NCBI RefSeq assembly: GCF_001194135.2
Contig: NC_069004.1
Span: 22,111,503 to 22,175,502 of the forward strand
DNA length: 64,000 nucleotides
Source: Octopus bimaculoides
Taxonomy: Eukaryota
Direction of reading: 5' to 3'
Shown here: piece after piece, positions 25,096 through 36,592 of the stretch
Numbering within the stretch: the first letter of the stretch is position 1
Layout: each line of letters opens with the position of its first letter
Translations under genes and position numbers: made by a program
The notes under the pieces: model-generated
What the model saw: only the letters and a program-made list of their open reading frames with translations
What the model was told of the DNA's origin: nothing
Databases searched by the model: none

Positions 25096-26139
25096 TGCAT
25101 CTTTCAGTTTCTATCAACCAAATCCACTCATAAGGTCTATAGATTTAGTAAAAGACACTTGCCCAAGATGTAACATTGAGGAACAACCCCAGACCACTTG
25201 AGTGAGATGACAGCTTCTTCACCGTGCACCCACAATGCTTTATTCAAAACTTTTGGTAACCACTGTATAAATATATCTAAATTATTCAACTACCAATAAT
25301 TGAACAACAACAACCAGATATATTTACTGGCATTCAAATAGAAAGAGTCCTTAGAGCTTGTCCAAGCTTTTCAGCTCATGGTTTGATTCCCTAAAGAGTA
25401 TTTGAAGTGTCAACAATTGCCAACAACAGATATTATAAGTTTAGATTAAAAATTTATTAATTTTAACAAAGCCACTCAATTATTTTTTTTTAAAATTTGA
25501 AAAAACAGAAAAGAAAAGAAACAACAAAAATATAATTTGTGAAAAGTAAAAAGTGAAACCACACTGTATTACTGGTAATTTTATCAACTCAGCAGAAAGA
25601 TGAAGTAAACACCAGTTGGATTTGAATTTGGAGAGATTAGACTTAAATATTGTATATTTAGTTCAACATTTCATTACTTCCACCACTTCATACCTTCTCT
25701 TTTGTGTTTTGTATCCTCACTTGCTTTCATATGTGATGTGTGCATGTGTGTGTATCTTTGATATAATTTTAACGAATACATGTTTATTATGGACTTCTGG
25801 TAATGTATGCACAATGGTATACCAGCCTTGGCCAGAGGGAAGTATTTATGGCTGGACTAAATTTTATGCGCATGTGCAAATACAAGTAATCTGTCATTAA
25901 AATTTCTACTTGGCAGACATTGCATGTTCAAATATCTCTACAACTTTTATTAAAGCTTGTTTCATATCCTTTTTTTTTTTCAGTTAATATTCTTCATTCA
26001 TTCATCATTGTTTTTTAATATTAAATGCATGTTCTGTTAATAACTGCTTTGCAATATTTCATATTATAGCTGTCTGTTTAAAATTTTACATTTTCAATTG
26101 TTGCATTTTTTGCTGGCATCTACTAAGGATTCATTGCTT

Positions 26140-26849
26140 GGCATACCTACACATGTGTGCCCCACCTGACTTTCTTTCCTCATAACTCCCAGAAAAATGC
26201 ATATTTTTTAATGAAATTTTCTACAAATATGCTTCAGACAATGTAGATTCCAATAATTTGTAGTGGAACATGTTTTCTGTGGTCAGGGAGAGGAATTTCA
26301 GAAAATTCCCACAAGTAGGATTTGTTTCCATATAAATTTCAGAAAATGAATATTTTTTGATAAAATTTTCTACAAATAGCATTCAGAGTGTGTAGATTAT
26401 GATTATATCAGAATTTAATATGAGAAATGAAAATTGGTAGGTTCACACACTTACTAACACATATCACAGATATTGACAAAATGAAACTCGAAATTTCTAA
26501 AAGAAAAAATGTGATGTGTGTGTGTCAGTATGTATGCTTGTTCTCACCTTTGTCTTTTCACATCAAATTCCAATATAATCACAATTTACACACTCTGAAA
26601 GGTATTTATAGAAAATTTCATTAAAAAATGTCCATTTTTCTGAAAGTTGTGAGGAAACAGAGCCAACTTGTGGAAATTTTCTGATACTCCTCTCCCCACC
26701 CACAGAGAAATCTTTTCACAACAAATTCCAATATAATCAGAATCTACAACATCTGAAGCATATGTGTAGAAAATTTTATTAAAAAATACTTATTTTTCTG
26801 GAAACTATGTGAAAACAATGTCAGTAGGGCACATTTGTGTAGTTATGCC
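26140..26849. mobile_element. Fold-back/MULE-like non-autonomous DNA transposon, 710 bp, long TIRs with internal subrepeats, 8-bp TSD
   Basis: TSD CATTGCTT at 26132-26139 and 26850-26857. Termini GGCATACCTACAC / GTGTAGTTATGCC. Arms of about 280 bp, each with two approximately 165-bp subunits, roughly 80% identical by eye. Confidence 0.85.
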
Positions 26850-27758
26850 CATTGCTTTAACATAAGTCATACTAAGTTCACATTGCTATTAAACATCTAC
26901 ATATCAGCTTGCATCACTTCACTTTCATTTTGTAACAATATTTGATAATGTAACTGCATGTCATATATAAACAAACAATACACTTCTTTCATTTGGTTTG
27001 CATCAAGAGGGTGACAATAATGTGAATGAGATGGGCTCAATTTTTCACTACACATAAGGATAGATAGGATAATGGTAATTACAATAATATTGTGTATGGT
27101 AACGAATATGAATTGTATTAAAAATGCATCAAAGTGTGTGTATATATAAATGAATACACACACACTCACAGCCACATTAAAATCTATTGGCGGTATTTAG
27201 GTAGTAAATTTAATTGCATGTTCTTTTATCATAATTGCATTTCGTCTTGTAGCTCTATTTTATGTTTCCCACTATTGACATTCAAGCTTCCTTCATGTTG
27301 CAAGTCGTGCCAGCATTCTTTTCACATGCATGATATATGTATAATTATGCATATACACAGATGGAATTTATTTTCCAAGCAAGGTAATATTTCCCATGAT
27401 CAGATATATTTTTCATGAAAGACTGAAAATGAACAGGCTTGTTTATAACCATCACATGACATCAAGACAGGAATAGACACAAATATGCGAACACACATGT
27501 ACATGCATGCACACGCACACAAACACATACTTACACACACGCACACACATCATTAGAAGGTGAAAACTTCTTGGCACTTAAGTTTTATATTTTCACTTTT
27601 AAAATAAGATCAGTATGTTAACTTGAATAGCATCAAAAAATTTGTGGCACCTATTTGTAAATGAAATGTTTTAAACTATATTTAATGTATTGAGTACTTC
27701 TACTTTTTGTTTATAAAAACAAGCTTATCTCTCTCTCTCTCTTTTTCATACTTTCTCA

Positions 27759-27800
<42 letters not shown>

Positions 27801-28490
27801 GCATATATTGAATTCACAATGATTTTTTTTTTGTTAGCTGTTGCTTGGTGCATAATGGATACAAGCATTGATAATCTGTTAAAACTGAAGTCAGCTGAAG
27901 ATTCTGTTTGTGTCTATGTATATATGTACATATGTATAAATATATGTATTTATGCATCTATCAATGTATGTATATATGTGTGTCTTAATGTGTGTGCATA
28001 TATATACATATATCTATATATATATGTATGTGTGTGTGTGTGCATATGCACATGCATACACATTTTAACACAGCAGCTGCAGAGAAGCATCAAAATACGA
28101 GTGAATGTAGAATAAATCAGAAAATAGTAAAAACAGACTGATGATAGCTTTCTATTCTAGCAATACTATCACATGCAAATTACTGTTTTGGAGGGGACAG
28201 TATAAAAAAATAAATAAAATATATACATAGTTCCTGTTGCAGCCAATAAAATATTTACTTGTTGTGCAATGTAGAAAAAGAAAAGAAAACCCCAAAATCA
28301 TTAAACAGCTGACTGTATTTGCATTTATATGTTTCCATCTTGAAAACAGTACATTTATTTTCAAAGATGTCATTGTTTCACATGGAACATACTAAATATC
28401 TGCAGAGACATTCTCCTGCTTAGCATAGCTATTAGCATAATTTATGCTGAGATTGGAATACATGTGTATATAAATATATATATATATATT

Positions 28491-28705
28491 GGTTTCAAAT
28501 TTTGATACTAGGCCAGCAAGCATGAGTGGGGAGGTAAGTTGATTATATCGACTCCAGTGCTCAACTGGTACTTATTTTATCAACCCTGAAAGGATGGAAC
28601 ACAAAGTTGACCTCAGCAGTTTTTGAACTCAGAATATAAAGACAGATGAAAAGTTGCTAAGCATTTTTCCTGACGTGGTTAACGATTCTGTCAGCTCGTT
28701 GCCTT
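28491..28705 (-). mobile_element. Nin-domain-type SINE (family B)
   Basis: Same module as 18235. Confidence 0.8.
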
Positions 28706-28945
28706 ATTACATGTATATATATTACCAATGTCATGTACTTAATGTATATACTTTGCTTATGTGCTTATTGGCAGTGGGATCTGTCCTGGGCAAAGTCCCT
28801 TGAAGATGTTGAGTGATAAGAAAAACACTGAATAAAAAAAAAACACTCAAACCAAATGAAATGAATTGCCCCATAGGCAAATGAGAATAGTGAGTATAAA
28901 TAATTCACTGTTATTTCAGCCCACGCTCTTAACCACTATGCACAT

Positions 28946-29180
28946 GGGCATATGGCATAGCGGTTAAGAGCACGGGCTACTAACCCCAAGATTCCAAGTT
29001 AGATTCCAGGCAGTGAACTTAATAATAATAATAATAATATCAAAAAATACCTTAGGAATGAGAACCCAAGTTTGAAATTTCCCGAAGACACCTGAAGAAG
29101 GCTGGAGGGTGTATTGGCTGAAACGTTGTGTTAACAACAAACAAGATGAGTACGAATATCCGTCAAATGTAAATAATGTA
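28946..29180 (+). mobile_element. Chimeric SINE: tRNA-like head + (AAT)n + hammerhead-containing tail (family E)
   Basis: Head GGGCATATGGCATAGCGGTTAAGAGCACGGGCTACTAACCCC..GTTAGATTCC (A and B boxes, 7-nt anticodon-like loop CTACTAA); (AAT)6; tail with hammerhead at 29087-29132. A second, headless tail copy lies at about 61359-61519. Confidence 0.7.
29087..29132 (+). ncRNA. Minimal type I hammerhead ribozyme motif
   Basis: Stem I GACAC/GTGTT; core CTGAAGA plus extra A; stem II GGCTG/TGGCT (three G-U pairs; the copy at 61410-61429 has GGCTG/CAGCT); GAAA; ACGT palindrome; GUU triplet at 29125-29127. Confidence 0.65.
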
Positions 29181-29648
29181 GTTCTAATATTGTTAATATT
29201 ACTGATGTCACATACTTAAGGTATGGGTTTTGTTTATCTATTTATTAGCTGCAGAATTTCGTCCAAGGGAAATAGCTTTAAGTGTTGAAAAATATAGAAC
29301 ACTTCAAACCAGATGAAACAAATTGATCCAAACCAGATGAAATAAATAGATGAATAAGAAGAATGACTATCAATATTTTGCTGTTATTTCAGCTTTTCGA
29401 CACCATATACCTGAGTCACCTCAAAACAAATTCAAATCATAAATGCAGATAGTTAAAATCTATCAACTGATGTGCAACAGTGTCACACAAGTGAAGCAAA
29501 ATTCAAGTTTGAATTAGAAGCAGCTCTAATAATATAACAGGACTTTTCACTGAACAAATCCTGCAGCCAATAAATGCATAAACAAAGAACATACATTAAG
29601 CTGACATGAAAATGATGATGATGATAAAATACTGATCAGTTTACTTAC

Positions 29649-30035
29649 GTCTATTTTCTTTGAAAGTTCTTTGGCTTTTTCCTCTAAAACTAATTCCAGT
29701 TGTCTCCTCTTCGTCTCCTCTTCTAAGGCGGTGTTACGTAAAGTTTCCATCTCTACGCGGTCAGCATCAATTTGTTTCACCATAAGTCCTTTGCTCTGTA
29801 ACATTTCTAACAATTTTTTTATACTTTCATCCCTTGCAGCCAAGGTCTGTTTTTGGGTGGCAATTCTGATTTCCATTTCCTCCACAGTCTTCCGTAAAAT
29901 AACAAGTTCTTTGTTTTGTTTGTCCTGTTCATATTTCATATTATCCATCTCCTCTTCACTAACCGTCCGGTTACTTACTGACTGTCGTGTCTGGTCCAGC
30001 TGTAACTGCAGCTCTTTCCCCAATGAACTTTGTCT
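29649..30035 (-). CDS. ERC1: Internal coding exon (129 aa, phase 0-0) of an ELKS/Rab6-interacting/CAST family (ERC1/ERC2, Bruchpilot/ELKS-1 homolog) active-zone protein
   Basis: Peptide RQSSLGKELQLQ...KELVILRKTVEEMEIRIATQKQTLAARDESIKKLLEMLQSKG...KELSKKID matches the ERC/ELKS N-terminal coiled-coil signature as I recall it (human ERC1 KELFLLRKTLEEMELRIETQKQTLNARDESIKKLLEMLQSKG). Acceptor ttgttgttgttttgcag| at 30036/30035 and donor GAC|gtaagt at 29649/29648; 387 nt, no stops. The symbol denotes the family ortholog, since ERC1 and ERC2 cannot be distinguished. Confidence 0.95.
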
Positions 30036-30149
30036 CTGCAAAACAACAACAATGACATTCAGATGAAGAATTGGAAGCAAAATATGGCAGTTTTGAAAAA
30101 GATCAAGTAAAGAAAGAAAGTTTGGGGTTCATATTTTAAATGTGGCTGA

Positions 30150-30282
30150 AAGGGTTAAGAAACTCGTTTTGCAACCATGTAGTTTTGGGTTAAGTGTGCT
30201 GAACCAAGTATCTTCTACTACAGCCCTGGGCTGACCAATATCTTGTGAATGCATATGCTAGACAGAAACTTGTGAAAGCCTG
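30150..30282 (+). mobile_element. SINE family A head, degraded
   Basis: GTGGCTGAAAGGGTTAAGAAACTCG..TATCTTCTACTACAGCC. Confidence 0.65.
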
Positions 30283-30283
30283 T

Positions 30284-30330
<47 letters not shown>

Positions 30331-30355
30331 ATATTTATGTCTTTCAAACACATAC

Positions 30356-30392
<37 letters not shown>

Positions 30393-30404
30393 CACACACA
30401 CATG

Positions 30405-30570
30405 TACACAATGGTTTTCTTTCACTTTCTGTATGCCACATTCACTCACAAGGCTTATTCAGCCTGAAGCTGTAGAAGAAGACGCTTACTCAAGGTGGCA
30501 CATAGTGAGACTGAACCCGGAACCATGTGGCTGGGAAGCGAACTTCTTACCATACAGACATGCCTGCACC
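30405..30570 (-). mobile_element. SINE family A head, inverted relative to the 30150 copy
   Basis: Reverse-complement module ..CACTCACAAGGC..GACTGAACCCGGAACCATGTGG.. Confidence 0.75.
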
Positions 30571-31066
30571 TATCAATAAAGTTTAGTCAACACTGTGCGT
30601 ATAAATGGATGTTAACATTGCTTTTATATACAATATCTTTGTGGACAGAAAAAACCTTATCAGTTGGACAAGCTTGTGTTGGGATTTCATCAGCAACTGC
30701 ATTGCTGCTTTAACTATCCACCGAGACACCGCTTACAAAAGCCACTTTAAGTAACAAGGGCTTTAAGTAACATGGATAGACCAATTTGCATACATAATGC
30801 ATTCTTGGTAGCTACTTCACTTAAAAAAAAATTACAGGTACATTTATAGTATTTTGTTTCAATGCTATACTGTTCTATGGAATATATATCTATAGAATTT
30901 TAACTCAGCACTGTATGTAAAAGACTGCTTTAAACAATTTGATTTTAAATAAAATATCTTTTTAATCTTTTATCTTTTATTTGTTTCAGTCATTAGACCA
31001 CAGCCATGTGGGGGGGGGGGTCACTGCCTTGAAGACAAAAGAAAAATAAACAGAGANNNNNNNNNN

Positions 31067-31118
<52 letters not shown>

Positions 31119-31759
31119 CATGTTTGTCCCTTCCCCACTGCCTGCCTGACAACCAATGTTGGTTTGTTTGTGTCTTTTGGCAAAAGAGAGTGATAGAATG
31201 AGTACTATAAGTAAGATAAGTACTGAAGTTGATTAGGTTGATTCAACCCTTCAAGGCAGTGCCCCAGCCTGACCACAGTCCAATGACTGAATCAAGTAAA
31301 ATATAGGGTGGGCCAAAAGTCATGCACCAAAACGTTTGTCATTTTATTCATAGTTATTGAGTGAGAGCAGTACATGCCATCACAGTGACACTGGGGTAAA
31401 ATATACGAAGCCCAGTATACCCATCATGACTACCTGTCTGATAAGGGTACACCAAGCACATACAACACAACTATATGTGCAATGTGATCTCATACCAAAA
31501 TAAACAGTGCATGACTTTGCATGTGGGGCCCAATTAGAATTTTCTTCATGTCGAGTAGCCCATCCCACTCAAAGGGTTGCTTAAGGATGTTGAAGGAAAC
31601 GCCCATGTTTCCAAAGGTGAATTATTCAAACCCCAAAGAATTCCTCTCAACACATGGCTATGATGCTCCACCACTACTTCTGCTCATGATCATATTGTCC
31701 TTCTATTATTTAGAAACCTTATTGTTTCTTTTTATCTAAATCTCATTTCATTATCACAA

Positions 31760-32155
31760 TTACAAAGCGTTTCAGAATCGTTTACCTTTAAAGCAAAAAA
31801 ACAAAACCAACGTAATTTCTAGACAATCAAATTTGGTACAGATTGATCCAGCGGTTTGGCTGTGCATAGAGGAAACACACACACAGAGTAAAAATAAAAG
31901 TGAAACAATAAAAGTGAAACTATAGTGTTATGGAAAGTGAAACTATTATACTGCTGCGAAAAAAAATGGGAAGGGTCTAGGGGGGGGGGTACAGCCTTCT
32001 ACATGGACAAGGGTTAAATTTGATCCCCTAGAATCTCCCCGAGTAATGAAAAACCTTCATGCCAAATTTGGTACAGATTGATCCAGCAATTTGGCCATGC
32101 ATAGAGGAAACACACACATATGCACACACACAGAGGATTTTATATATAAAGATAT
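31760..32155 (+). mobile_element. Helitron/HINE-like fragment with duplicated 3' module
   Basis: CAAATTTGGTACAGATTGATCCAGC..GCATAGAGGAAACACACACA occurs twice (about 31828 and 32063); ends TTTTATATATAAAGAT. Confidence 0.4.
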
Positions 32156-32399
32156 ATCAATGTCTTATGAAAGCTAGGGACAGACTTAAAAAGAGGAAAT
32201 AATACAACTAATAATAATTCCAAACAAGATACTCTTATTGTCCTGATGACAACTGTCAGCAGATTCAAGACATGAAAAACCATGAGAGTTACTGGATCAC
32301 TGGTTACCCGAGTAAAGAGGGCTAACTTGTATTAGTATTTCTCAGTCATCCATCTTCTCTACCCACTATTCCTGGAAGGGCCATGGCAATAGGACCCTA

Positions 32400-32620
32400 T
32401 GAAGAGTCACCCCTTCCATATCCTTCCAGGGTCCTATCAGAAGCAACTGTCACCACACATTCTGACTGGGTTCCCAAGTGTGACCACCCGAGACTATGGA
32501 TATTGTCCAACCACCTGGCATATAGTCTACCCCTAGGTCTCCTGCCTGTTGGACTGGATTGAAGAATGTGCCTTGTGGATTCTTTCCTATAACATTCTAA
32601 CCACATATCCATATTACTAG
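32400..32620 (-). mobile_element. RTE LINE C-terminal fragment
   Basis: STRHILQSSPTGRRPRGRLYARWLDNI motif in ORF 32397-32639. Confidence 0.65.
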
Positions 32621-33754
32621 AACTGTGACCTTTTAACATAGATTAGATGATTGAGAATACTTAGAATTTGGTAGAAGTTGTTGTTGTTTTCGTTGTTGAT
32701 CTCCAATAATCTGTGACTGAAATAACCAATGATCAAAGGTGTTCCAAACATGACCATTCCTCTTTATTCAGATATAAAGTATATCTAAGACTATATTATT
32801 CAATATCTTTCATTTTCCAAGACTGAAGCATGGGAGTAGAAGGAATACAGGCTGTTATTCTAAGCAGGTCAAATGAAACTGTATGGTTAGTGATTAGGGT
32901 ATTTGGCTCATGATTGAAAAGTTGTGAGTTCAATTCCTGGTAGCATGATCTGTCCATTGCTTCAGTCCACTCAGCTGCCAAAAATGAGTTGTACCTGTAT
33001 TTGAGCACATAACAAATGAAATATTTGGGCTAGATATAGTGCCAAAAAAGGTTAAAAAAACAAAATCTGTCACAAAACCCCCATCATTTTAGGTTGCTTT
33101 TAGTTTACATTCCCATTAGTTATGTCACTCTTGAAATCACATTCTTACTAATTTTCTTTAACTTATAGCCAGAAGTCAATATGAGACTGATAATTTCAAT
33201 TCTACATTTCCACAGAAAATATATGCTCCAATTTACAATGTCTTCTGCTAAATACAAGTCTGCTCTGAGGGCAGTAGAAATAATGAATAGCATCAACAGG
33301 GACTGCAAGGCAGCTTGCAGAAAACTTGAGACTAATAGAGACTGTGACACTTGCTGTTATCAGAATGCTACCAGATAGACACTAGAGATGCTTGGTGACT
33401 GATAGACATACCTTCAACAAAATGCTACTAGACAGGCTACACACAGACATCACGAACCCCAACAGCCCCTCAAAGAGCAAGACAAGCAGAGGCTAGATCC
33501 TGGCCAAATATGTATCAGTTGTGGAAAAGAGGTGCCTGCAACTATGATGCTGGACAGGACTATGCTTGTTAAAAAATAGTTTCCGTTGGTACCATGTCTA
33601 AGATTTGTGACAGATGCTTGGCTAAGAAAATAAGAGACAAAAATAATATTCTGTTCCAATGGAAAAGTTAATATATCAGTCTTTAGTGAGTCACCAGAGA
33701 CCCTAAAATAGCTTCTTACTGCCACTACTGAATAATCTGAGTAGTGAAGGTACA

Positions 33755-34042
33755 TAGCTTAGTGATTAGGGTATTCGATTCATGATTGTAAGGTCATGAG
33801 TTCGATTCCCAGATGCACATTATGTCCTTGAGCTAGACACTTTATTTTACATGCTCCAGTCCATTCTGCTGGCAAAGATGAGTTGTACCTGTAATTCAAA
33901 TGGCCAGCCTTGTTACATTTTGTGTCATATTGAATCTTTCTGAGAACTACATGAAGGGTATATGTGTCTGTGGAGTGCTCAGCAACTTACAGATTAATTT
34001 CACAAGCAGGCTGTTCTATTGGTCATATCAATTGGAACCGAC
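33755..34042 (+). mobile_element. SINE family C (tRNA head + V/Meta-like core)
   Basis: GCTTAGTGATTAGGGTATTCG..GAGTTCGATTCCC..TGTCCTTGAGCTAGACACTT; partial copy at about 32881-33005. Confidence 0.75.
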
Positions 34043-34426
34043 TTGTTTCAGTCATTAGGCTGTGGCCATGCTGGGGCTTCACCTTGAGGAATTTTAGTTG
34101 AATTAATCATCCACAGGACTTATTCTTTGTAAGCTATGTACTTATTCTATTGATCTCTTTTGCCAAACCACTAAGTTACAGGGACGTAAGCACACCAACA
34201 CCAGTTGTCAAGCGGCAGTGGGGGACAAATACAGATGCAAAGACACACACAACCACACATATACAACAGGCTTCTTTCAGTTTCCGTTGACCAAATCCAC
34301 TCACAAGACTTTCGTTGATCTGAGGCTATAGAAAAAGTCACTTGCCCAAAGTGCCACACAGTGGGAGTGAATCCAGAACCATGTAGTTGGGAAGTAAACT
34401 TCTTACCACACAGCCATGCCTGTGCC
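34042..34426 (-). mobile_element. SINE family A, near full length
   Basis: Tail-rc, short (CA) tract and head-rc in order. Confidence 0.8.
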
Positions 34427-35785
34427 TAACCTGGTATTTTTATTCAGTACACTCCAATTTGGTATAAGTCATCGACACAACAAATAGTGAAATATACTAT
34501 TCATATCAAATACATAGGACAGTGCCAAATTGCTATAAAACCAGTGTAAAATAATTTAATGAAAATTAACTAATTAAGAGAAATAGAACAATGGTATATT
34601 AAATCAGTTATTCCTTGAACAACTCAGGGTCATTTATAGCTTCTTTTAACCCTGGGCAACATTGGGTGTTCTGTGTGTGTGTGTGGGGGGGGATTGAACC
34701 TAATACTAATACATGGTTGTGGCCTTCCCTACAGAGGTCCCCCATTAATGGCAATTCGATGACTGACTTCAGAGAGAAGAGAGGCAGAAGAGACCCCAGC
34801 CTCTCGTATATCAAGGTCATATGATGTGTTGTTCGTAAATGAATTTCATAGATTCAATTGCTGTTGTTAGAAAGTGACCTGAGGTTTAATATTCAATGGG
34901 AAGGTGAAAAATCTCAATCAATTTTAAACAGATAAAACAAAAGGTTCTCTCTCCATAATAAGTCAACTAATAGGTTTCCTCTTGTAAGCTGGTTGTGGGT
35001 AGTTTAACAAGGGTGCTTCTGTGTGTACAGCTGTGAGTGCATATTTGTTTGTGCATGCATATGCATAACTATACATGTGTATACATGCCTGTGTACATGT
35101 TTGTTTTTGTGCATGTATCTCTTTTGTAAGCATGTGAGTGTATTTCCATATGTGTGTGTGTGTGTGAGTGCAGTATCATGTCTGTGTGTTGTGTGCATAT
35201 GTAGGTAAACATGAATGTACACACATACATTTTATGAGTGCGTATGTGCCTCCACATGTGAGTACCTGCATATACCACATGTATATGTATGAACATACAA
35301 GTCTCTGTATATATGTTTAAATGTGCATAAGTTAGTACATGTATGTGTACACATATTTGTGAGTGTGTGTGTGTATGTGTGTGTAAAGTGTAATAGGTTT
35401 AATGTAAGATAAACACAGAGTGACAGCTACATCAAGTTGATGAAAGATTGAAGTAGCAAATTAGTTGAAGGGCTTCTATAATACGAACACTGGAGCTGAC
35501 GGATTCACTCATTTTCTCACTTTCTCTCTACCATGCAGACATTTTCTTTCTCTTTTGAATACCTGGGGGGGGGGGGAGTAACTCTTATATATGTTAAGCC
35601 CTTCTTTGCTTTAGCTTAATAAGTAAGGGCTAAGAAACAGGTCGTTGGTTAGAATTAGTGGTTCTCAACCAGGGCATCCATATAAGATTTTCTAGTTAAA
35701 ATTAATCTGCAATAAATTGGTTATACCTCTGCAATACACAAAATATTCTATCAATTTTTTAATACAATTTTATACAAATAGATGT

Positions 35786-35941
35786 AAGCGTGACTGTGTG
35801 GTAAGAAGTTTGCTTCCTAATGCTTTCAGGTTCAGTCCCACTGCATGGCTACATTAGCCTCAGGCTGACCAAAGCCTTGTGAATGGATTTGGTAGGCAGA
35901 AACTGAGAGAAGCTCGTCATGTATGTGTGTGTGCATGTGTA

Positions 35942-36007
<66 letters not shown>

Positions 36008-36285
36008 GATATAGATATATATAGATAGATAGAAAGATAGATAGATAAATGGATGTGTGTGTCTCTGTGTTCGTGTTTGTCCCTCACCACTGCTTAACAA
36101 CCGGTGTTGGTATTTATATCCCTGTAATTTAGCGGATTGGCAAAAGAGACTGATAGAAGTAGTACCAGGATTAAAAAAATAAAATAAAATAAAATAAGTA
36201 TATGGAGTGATTCAATTGACTAAAAATTCAAGGCGGTGCCCCAGCATGGCCAGTCTGGTGACTGAAACAAGGAAAAAATACAAGA
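35786..36285 (+). mobile_element. SINE family A, full length, with expanded internal (TG)/(TA)/(GATA) microsatellite
   Basis: Head 35786-35918, microsatellite to about 36060, tail ending GACTGAAACAAG..AAGATAAAA. Confidence 0.8.
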
Positions 36286-36592
36286 TAAAAAAATTTCTAA
36301 TATATTTAACTATGAAAATATATGATTTATTGAAACATCAGATGGTTAGGAGGGTAGATTCTAGTAAAACAGGGATGTAAAATCAAAGGGGTCCAAAGGT
36401 TAAAAATGGTTGAGAAACATTGGTCAGAATGAAAAGCGAAGTGGGCCTTACAATTTGAACATAAACATCAAGTCAAAGGGTGATGGTGTGTGATTATTTC
36501 AATGAATGTAATGGTACTACTAACTCAGAATTAGAAGCTAGCGTATATATAATTTCAGTAAAAACCAACTTACTGAACCATTACAAAATGTA

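Noticed and set aside
28946-29015. Possible bona fide tRNA gene
   Set aside because: Acceptor and T stems do not close, the B box is mutated, and it runs into an (AAT)n linker and repeat tail; treated as a SINE head.
32243-32290. CTGATGA...GAAA spacing suggestive of a hammerhead
   Set aside because: No stem II or stem I pairing could be formed. Similar CTGATGA hits at 23644, 24298 and 36965 are coding sequence of TEs.
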